A stretch of DNA of 63,976 bases, filler included, from Sandaracinaceae bacterium (lineage in GTDB: Bacteria > Myxococcota_A > Polyangia > Polyangiales > JADJQN01), in the NCBI GenBank assembly GCA_947483975.1. It is 5 parts of 5 records of this genome, joined end to end, with 100 filler letters (N's around TTAATTAATTAA, not from the genome) between each part and the next. Parts side by side here need not be neighbours in the genome. Positions count along the whole stretch, not along the records: positions 53,405 to 63,976 come from CANKOL010000167.1; 4 more parts are not named here. One strand, written 5' to 3'. Position numbers and translations under genes: made by a program. The notes under the pieces are model-generated. The model was not told where the DNA came from and searched no databases. It saw nothing but the letters and a program-made list of their open reading frames with translations. Below are positions 58,504-63,976 of this stretch, one piece after another (within the stretch, counting starts at the first letter, position 1; each line of letters begins with the position of its first letter).

Positions 58504-59403
58504 CTACTTCGCCGTGAGCGCGGGGCCCGCGCGATCGAGCGCGTAGCGCCCCCCGGACCACGTCGCGGGGTAGGCGCGCAGCGAGGTGCGGTCGACCTCG
58601 TAGACCCACACCGACTGATGGTGCCGGTCGGTGGCGCTGCCTGCGCAGAAGATCGCCGGGCGCTGCGCCGTGCGCGGCAGCGCGAAGCGCTCGTGCAGGT
58701 GCCCGTGGACGAGCACCGTGCGCGCCCGCGAGCCGATCGCCGACAGCAGCGCGTCCGCGTTGACGAGGCCGTGCCACGCCTTGTCCGGGCGCCCATCGGG
58801 TCGGAACGGCGCGTAGTGCGTCGCGACGAGCACGAAGCGATCGCGGACGCGCGCGTCGTCGAGCGCGCGCCGAAGCGCGGCGAGCTGCGCCGTCGGGACC
58901 TGACCGCTCGAGCGCCAGAGCTGCGGGTTCGGGCGCGCGCTGTTGACGCAGATGACCGCCGCGTCGTCGCCGAGCAGCCGCACGAGCGGCCAGGGACCGT
59001 CGACGGCGAGGTCCGGCAGATCGCTCGAGAGCAGCCCGTCGAACGCGCGCTCGAAGCGCTGCTCGAGCGCGCCGCTCTCGACGTAGACGTCGTGGTTGCC
59101 GGGCACCGTCGCGAAGCCGAGGGGCCGGCGCGTCAGCGGCGCGATCGCCTCACGCGCGAGCCCGAGCTCGGGGACCGTGCCGAGCGCGGTGTAGTCCCCT
59201 GTGCAGACGACCGCGTCGAGCGCCTCGCGCGCGGCGAACTCGGCGAGCGCGGCGACCTGCTCGCGCGCCTCGAGGAAGCGCCGGCGCCGGCGAAGCAGGA
59301 GGTTCGCGGCGCCGAGGAGGCGCTTCGGCTCGAGGTCGGCCGCGGGGAGATCGCCGACCGGGACGCTGAGATGGACGTCGCTGAAGTGGAGGATTCGGAG
59401 CAC
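58504..59403 (-). CDS. Calcineurin-like metallophosphoesterase
   Basis: SDVH, TGD, PGNHD, HGHLH motifs. Confidence 0.9.
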   Translation of the reverse strand: MLRILHFSDVHLSVPVGDLPAADLEPKRLLGAANLLLRRRRRFLEAREQVAALAEFAAREALDAVVCTGDYTALGTVPELGLAREAIAPLTRRPLGFATVPGNHDVYVESGALEQRFERAFDGLLSSDLPDLAVDGPWPLVRLLGDDAAVICVNSARPNPQLWRSSGQVPTAQLAALRRALDDARVRDRFVLVATHYAPFRPDGRPDKAWHGLVNADALLSAIGSRARTVLVHGHLHERFALPRTAQRPAIFCAGSATDRHHQSVWVYEVDRTSLRAYPATWSGGRYALDRAGPALTAK

Positions 59404-59448
59404 GGGCGCCCGACGATAGCAGCGCGCTGCGTCGGGCGCCGCGTCAGC

Positions 59449-60207
59449 TCACGGAGCCACGGGCGCGGCAGCCGCGGGGTCCGCGACGGCGGGCGACGCG
59501 GGCGTCAGCGAGGCGAGCAGGGCGTCGAAGGCGACGCGCGCGCTCTCGACCGTCGCGGTCGGGCCGGTCAGCTTGAAGAAGACCATGCCCCCGGGCCCTT
59601 CGACGATCGCGCCGAGGAGCTTGCTCGCCGCCGCCGGGGCCGCCTCGGGCGCGCCGGGCATCGCGGCGGCCATCGAGCCAGTCGCTTCGACCGTGGTCAC
59701 CGCGAGGGCGCCGACCGTGCGGTGCGCGATCACCGGGACGACGGGTGCGCCGCCAGCGCCGGTGAACTGACCGGCCCAGCGGTCGACGTTGTCCTGCACG
59801 CTGCCGCCCGCGCCAGCGCCGAAGTGGAAGACCGCGAGCACGGCCTCGGCCGCGCCGCCTACACCGACGACGCCGTACTCCGCGGCGCGCATCGACCCGG
59901 CCGGGAGCGCGTGCGCGACGAGCGGCGCGGCGGCGGTCCAGGTGAGGCCGCCCGCGAGGGGAGCGCCCGTCGGCGCCGGTCCAGGGACCGCGTCGGTCGA
60001 AGGGGCGCCCATCGCGGGGTGTCCCGGGGGAAGCGCGGCGTTCGGGTCGACGGGGCCCGGAGCGGTCGGTGCGGCTTGGGCCGCGACCGCGGTGGCGTGG
60101 CCGCTGGGGGGCGGCGGATTGGCAGGCTCGTAGCCACGTGTGCACCCGAGAGCACTGACCGAGGCGAGCACGAGCGCACTGCGAACGATGGTCGGGAGGA
60201 GTTGCAT
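59449..60207 (-). CDS. Hypothetical lipoprotein (LPPGHP; GGSVxxNVDRWxGQF family)
   Basis: Lipobox ALGC; conserved-looking motifs; FFKLTGP C-terminal strand. Confidence 0.7.
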   Translation of the reverse strand: MQLLPTIVRSALVLASVSALGCTRGYEPANPPPPSGHATAVAAQAAPTAPGPVDPNAALPPGHPAMGAPSTDAVPGPAPTGAPLAGGLTWTAAAPLVAHALPAGSMRAAEYGVVGVGGAAEAVLAVFHFGAGAGGSVQDNVDRWAGQFTGAGGAPVVPVIAHRTVGALAVTTVEATGSMAAAMPGAPEAAPAAASKLLGAIVEGPGGMVFFKLTGPTATVESARVAFDALLASLTPASPAVADPAAAAPVAP

Positions 60208-60294
60208 GCCCGCGTCTCTAGCGCGAAGTCTCGAAATGCGCGACCGCGTTTTCGCACGCTCTCGGCCTCGCGCTGGCACGTCAACCGCATGGCG

Positions 60295-61344
60295 TCAGGG
60301 GAACATCGCGACGCCTCGGAGGCCGGCGTCCTCGTTGAAGCCCAGGCGCACGTTCAGGCACTGCACGGCCTGCCCCGACGCGCCCTTGCCGAGGTTGTCG
60401 ATCGCCGCCATGGCGACGATCGTCCCAGTGCGCTCGTCGCGCGCGTAGGCGACGTGCGCCCGGGCGCTCCCGCGGACCCAGAGCGTGTCCGGATGGCTGC
60501 CAGGCTCGAGCACGCTGACGACCGGCGAGCCGGCGTAGAGCGCGCGGGCAGCCTCCGTGCAGCGTGCGGCCGTCGTGCCCTCGTCGACGGCGATCGCGTA
60601 CGCCGTCGCGAGGATGCCGCGGGTCATCGGCACGAGGTGCGGCGTGAAGACCACGCGAATTGCCTCACCCGCGACGCGGGAGAGCTCCTGCTCGATCTCC
60701 GGCGTGTGGCGGTGCTGCCCACCGGCCTTGTAGGCGCGGATCCCCTCGCTCGTCTCGGGGAAGTGCGTGTTCGGCAGAGGCGAGCGCCCCGCCCCGGAGA
60801 CGCCCGTCTTCGCGTCGATCACGAGGCCCTTGGTGAGCACGAGGCGCTCTCGAAGCAGCGGCGCGAGCGCCAGCGTGCTCGCCGTCGGGAAGCAGCCCGG
60901 CACCGCGATCAAGTCCGCCGTGCGCAGCGCCTCGCGGTGCAGCTCCGGCAAGCCGTAGACGGCGTCCTTCGCGAGCTCCGGCGCGTGGTCCGCGCCGTAC
61001 CACTCGGCGTGCACGGCGCGATCGTGGAGGCGGAAGTCCGCGCTCAGGTCGAGCACGAGCACGCCGCGCGCGCGGAGCTCCTTGGCGACGGCCGCCGCGG
61101 CGCCATGCGGGAGCGCGAGGAAAGCGACGTCCGCGTGCGCCCGCACATCGTCGGCGTCGAACGCGGCGATCGTCCCGTCGAGCACGCCATGGAAGCTCGG
61201 CAGCACCTGCGCGATCGGCTGCCCCGCCTTGCCGTGCCCGACGACCCGCGTGACCTGCACCTGCGGGTGCCCGAGGAGCAGCCGCAGCAGCTCCGCGCCC
61301 GTGTACCCCGTCGCCCCGATGACCGCGACCCGCACCTTGTCCAC
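60295..61344 (-). CDS. argC: N-acetyl-gamma-glutamyl-phosphate reductase
   Basis: GATGYTG, ALPHG, DLSADFRL, PGCFPT, SGAG, HRHTPEI, DNLGKGASGQAVQ. Confidence 0.96.
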   Translation of the reverse strand: MDKVRVAVIGATGYTGAELLRLLLGHPQVQVTRVVGHGKAGQPIAQVLPSFHGVLDGTIAAFDADDVRAHADVAFLALPHGAAAAVAKELRARGVLVLDLSADFRLHDRAVHAEWYGADHAPELAKDAVYGLPELHREALRTADLIAVPGCFPTASTLALAPLLRERLVLTKGLVIDAKTGVSGAGRSPLPNTHFPETSEGIRAYKAGGQHRHTPEIEQELSRVAGEAIRVVFTPHLVPMTRGILATAYAIAVDEGTTAARCTEAARALYAGSPVVSVLEPGSHPDTLWVRGSARAHVAYARDERTGTIVAMAAIDNLGKGASGQAVQCLNVRLGFNEDAGLRGVAMFP

Positions 61345-61444
61345 GCAGACCTCCTAGAGCGTCACCACCAGAACGACGACAGCCCGGCGCTCCGTGAGGA
61401 GCCCGGGCCGACGAGGGAGGAACGCGATCGCTCGCGCTCGGCGC

Positions 61445-61849
61445 TCAGCGCTTGCTGAACTGGAACTTACGACGCGCGCCCGGCTGACCGGGCTTCTTGC
61501 GCTCGACCTTGCGGGAGTCGCGCGTGAGGAAGCCAGCCTTCTTGAGCACGGGGCGGAGGCCCGCGTCGATGTTGAGCAGCGCGCGCGAGATGCCGTGACG
61601 CACGGCCTCGGCCTGCGCGCTCACGCCGCCGCCGCAGACGTTCGCTTCGACGTCGAACTTGCCGACCTTCTCGACAGCCTCGAACGCCTGCGCGACGACC
61701 ATCTGCGAGGTCTCGCGGGGGAAGTAGTCGGGAAGCGTGCGGCCGTTGACCAGCACGGCGCCCGTGCCGTCCTTGATGAAGACGCGCGCAATCGCGCACT
61801 TGCGCTTGCCCGTGCCGTAGAAGCGTCCGTGAATCATTGCCGGGGGCAT
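61445..61849 (-). CDS. rpsI: 30S ribosomal protein S9
   Basis: [31 protein letters not shown]...FQFSKR. Confidence 0.97.
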   Translation of the reverse strand: MPPAMIHGRFYGTGKRKCAIARVFIKDGTGAVLVNGRTLPDYFPRETSQMVVAQAFEAVEKVGKFDVEANVCGGGVSAQAEAVRHGISRALLNIDAGLRPVLKKAGFLTRDSRKVERKKPGQPGARRKFQFSKR

Positions 61850-61904
61850 CGTGGGTCTCGTCTCGTCAGAAGTGAGGTCGGGGATACGGGAGAGTGAGCG
61901 GCGC

Positions 61905-62345
61905 TCACGCCGGGAACGGTGCGGGCTGCTGCGCGGCGTGCGGATGCGTCGGGCCTGCGTAGACCTTCAGCTTCGTGTGCATCTGCCGGCCGAGGACGTT
62001 CTTCGGGAGCATTCCCTTGACGGCCTTCTCGATGACGAACTCGGGCTTGCGCTGCATCAGCAGGCGATACGACTCCTGCTTGAAGCCGGTCGGGATGCCC
62101 GAGTGATGATAGTAGAACTTCGTGTCGAGCTTGCCGCCGGTCAGGCCGACCTTCTCGGCGTTGACGACGATGACGAAGTCACCGGCGTCCATGTGCGGCG
62201 TGAACTCGGGGCGGTGCTTGCCGCGGAGGACCGTGGCGATGCGCGACGCGAGGCGGCCGAGCGGGATGCCGGTCGCATCCACCACGAACCAGCGGTGGGT
62301 GGTTTCCAGGGGCTTGGCAATGAAGCTCGCGTTCGGGGTGCTCAT
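61905..62345 (-). CDS. rplM: 50S ribosomal protein L13
   Basis: [48 protein letters not shown]. Confidence 0.97.
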   Translation of the reverse strand: MSTPNASFIAKPLETTHRWFVVDATGIPLGRLASRIATVLRGKHRPEFTPHMDAGDFVIVVNAEKVGLTGGKLDTKFYYHHSGIPTGFKQESYRLLMQRKPEFVIEKAVKGMLPKNVLGRQMHTKLKVYAGPTHPHAAQQPAPFPA

Positions 62346-62451
62346 CGTCGTCACGCTTCTCGATGGAGGCCCGTGAGGGCACTCGATGGATGTGTCCGTC
62401 GCCGGGCAGCATCCTAGGGGGTGCGCCCGGAGGGGGCGCGAAGGGAGCGGA

Positions 62452-62480
62452 GATGTACGCCGGGGGTCTGGGGCTGTCAA
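62452..62480 (-). promoter_or_regulatory. Sigma-70 promoter of rplM-rpsI(-argC)
   Basis: Minus strand TTGACA (62480-62475), 17-bp spacer, TACATC (62457-62452). Confidence 0.7.
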
Positions 62481-62606
62481 GCGTGGGGACGGCAGCGAGC
62501 GGATGACGAAGGCGTGAGCCGCGGCGCGCGGGACGGGGGCGCGGGCGGCTCCGAGCGGCGCGAACGCGTGAATGCGGCCGCGGCCAAAGCCGTCTACGAT
62601 GGTGCC

Positions 62607-63248
62607 ATGGACGACCGCCGCCGCGCCTCGACTCTGCAAGCCAGCCGCCTCTCGACGGGGCGCATGCTGCGCGGCCTCGCGGCGATCGCCCTCGCGCCGA
62701 TGATGGCCGCGACGCTCTCGGCGGTGCCGGCGCACGCCGCGCCGCGGGTGGCGCTGAGCCCGGAGCCCGTGGCCCGCGCGGCGCAAGCGCGCGGACGGAT
62801 CTCGTGCCGCATCACCGAGAACGGCGGCGCGGCCTCCGGCACGATCACGATCTCGAAGGGCGGTCAGGAGGTGTCCACCGGGGCCTGCGGCGCGCCGATC
62901 GCCGTCCCCGCGGGCGCCTACGAGGTCGTGCTCGGCCTCGACGGCGCGATCGATCGCCCCGAGAGGACGCTGCAGGTGACCGTCGCGCCGGGGGCGACGG
63001 GCCTCGCTGCGGCGGACTTTCAGACGGCGATCCTCGAGGTCCGCATCGAAGCGGGCGGGCGGCGCGCGGCGGGCATGGCGACGATCTTCCGCAACGGCGA
63101 GCGCGTCGGCACGCTCGGCAGCGGCGTCTCGGGGCACCTCAGCGCCGGGACCTACGACATCGTGGCGAAGTACCGGAACTCCGAGCAGCGCTTCGACGCG
63201 GTGACGCTCGCGCCCGGTGAGCGCCGCGCGCTCTCTGCGACCTTCTGA
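62607..63248 (+). CDS. Secreted hypothetical protein with two PEGA/Ig-like beta domains
   Basis: Signal-like segment ending PAHA; repeated (V/L)(P/S)AG(A/T)Y(E/D)(V/I)V motif; start uncertain (62607 or 62664). Confidence 0.6.
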   Translation: MDDRRRASTLQASRLSTGRMLRGLAAIALAPMMAATLSAVPAHAAPRVALSPEPVARAAQARGRISCRITENGGAASGTITISKGGQEVSTGACGAPIAVPAGAYEVVLGLDGAIDRPERTLQVTVAPGATGLAAADFQTAILEVRIEAGGRRAAGMATIFRNGERVGTLGSGVSGHLSAGTYDIVAKYRNSEQRFDAVTLAPGERRALSATF

Positions 63249-63272
63249 CGATCTGTTACCTTCCGCGCTCCG

Positions 63273-63976
63273 ATGCCGAGCGCTGCCGAAGATCAGAAGC
63301 CGTCCGGGCGCCTCGCGACCTACGAGCCGAACGGCATCCTGCGCTGGTTCTACCGCCGCTTCTTCTCGCACCTGACGGTCGACGAGAAGTGGAGCGGCGC
63401 CGTCCGCGACGCGGCGAGCCGCGGCGTCGTCGTGTATGTGATGCGCTCGCTGTCGGTGCTCGACTTCCTCTGCCTCGACTGGCTGCTCAAGCAGTTCGGG
63501 CTGCCGATCGTGCGCTTCGTCAACGACCTCGGGCTGTGGATCCTCGAGCCTTTCGGCAAGGGCGAGCGCCGGCTCAGCCTCCGCCGGCAGATCCCCGAGG
63601 ACAAAGCCCTCGAGACGGTCGTCAGCTCGCGCGCGAGCGCCCTACTCTTTCTGCGCAAGCCGCCCGCGCTCGGCAGGGACACGCGCAAGGGCGAGCGCAT
63701 CGAGGTCGATCTGATCCGCACGCTCGTCGAGGCGCAGCGGAAGATCGCCGAGCCGATCTTGCTGCTGCCGCAGACCTTCGTCTGGTCGAAGCTGCCGCCG
63801 AACAAGCGGCGCACGCTGCTCGATCTCGTGTTCGGGCCGAGCGAGTGGCCCGGGCGCCTGCGCGTCTTCTTCCAGTTCCTGCTCAACTACCGGAACGCGC
63901 TGCTGCGCTCGGGTGAGCCCTTCGATCTGAAGGCGTTCCTCGAGTCGCACCAAGAGCTGACGGACACGGAGGCCGC
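63273..63976 (+). CDS. plsB: Glycerol-3-phosphate acyltransferase PlsB-like, N-terminal part (runs off the window)
   Basis: Manual translation [10 protein letters not shown]...[12 protein letters not shown]...[18 protein letters not shown]...[12 protein letters not shown] resembles the deltaproteobacterial PlsB N-terminus; absent from the ORF track because it has no stop. Confidence 0.6.
   Translation, partial: MPSAAEDQKPSGRLATYEPNGILRWFYRRFFSHLTVDEKWSGAVRDAASRGVVVYVMRSLSVLDFLCLDWLLKQFGLPIVRFVNDLGLWILEPFGKGERRLSLRRQIPEDKALETVVSSRASALLFLRKPPALGRDTRKGERIEVDLIRTLVEAQRKIAEPILLLPQTFVWSKLPPNKRRTLLDLVFGPSEWPGRLRVFFQFLLNYRNALLRSGEPFDLKAFLESHQELTDTEA

Noticed and set aside
61905..63371. 488-aa extended L13 (similarly extended carB from 6049, PilZ from 56249, DUF502 from 53091, thioesterase from 51322)
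   Set aside because: The extensions overlap other real genes; family homology starts at the downstream ATGs used above.

Overview
The window is high-GC myxobacterial DNA (Polyangiales/Sandaracinaceae-like, judged from the gliding genes, TIGR02266 PilZ and Cys-rich surface proteins). It is not one locus: it is five contig pieces of about 13 kb joined by artificial 100-bp N/TTAATTAATTAA spacers, so adjacency across spacers means nothing. Core genes include cglF(gltF)-gltG, tsaE-carB-greA-recG, cysS, gdhA, a serA-like gene, rplM-rpsI-argC and a partial plsB, plus many secreted and lipoprotein genes. The most notable observations are: (1) a RAYT-like HUH (Y1) transposase behind a sigma-54-like promoter and IHF-like site, with two tandem arrays (40-bp and 28-bp units) and dispersed copies sharing the hairpin core GCCGACCG-NN-GTTGAGC; (2) a triheme cytochrome c fused to a YeeE/YedE half-transporter and coupled to a second YeeE/YedE gene; (3) a small stress-protein module (LEA-like, GlsB, YtxH) with two sigma-54 promoters next to a sensor-less enhancer-binding protein; (4) the probable 5' end of a group II intron directly after an ATG; (5) an AAA_14/DUF4143 ATPase whose promoter is tiled by four 23-bp repeats. 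All family assignments come from motif recognition; no searches were run.
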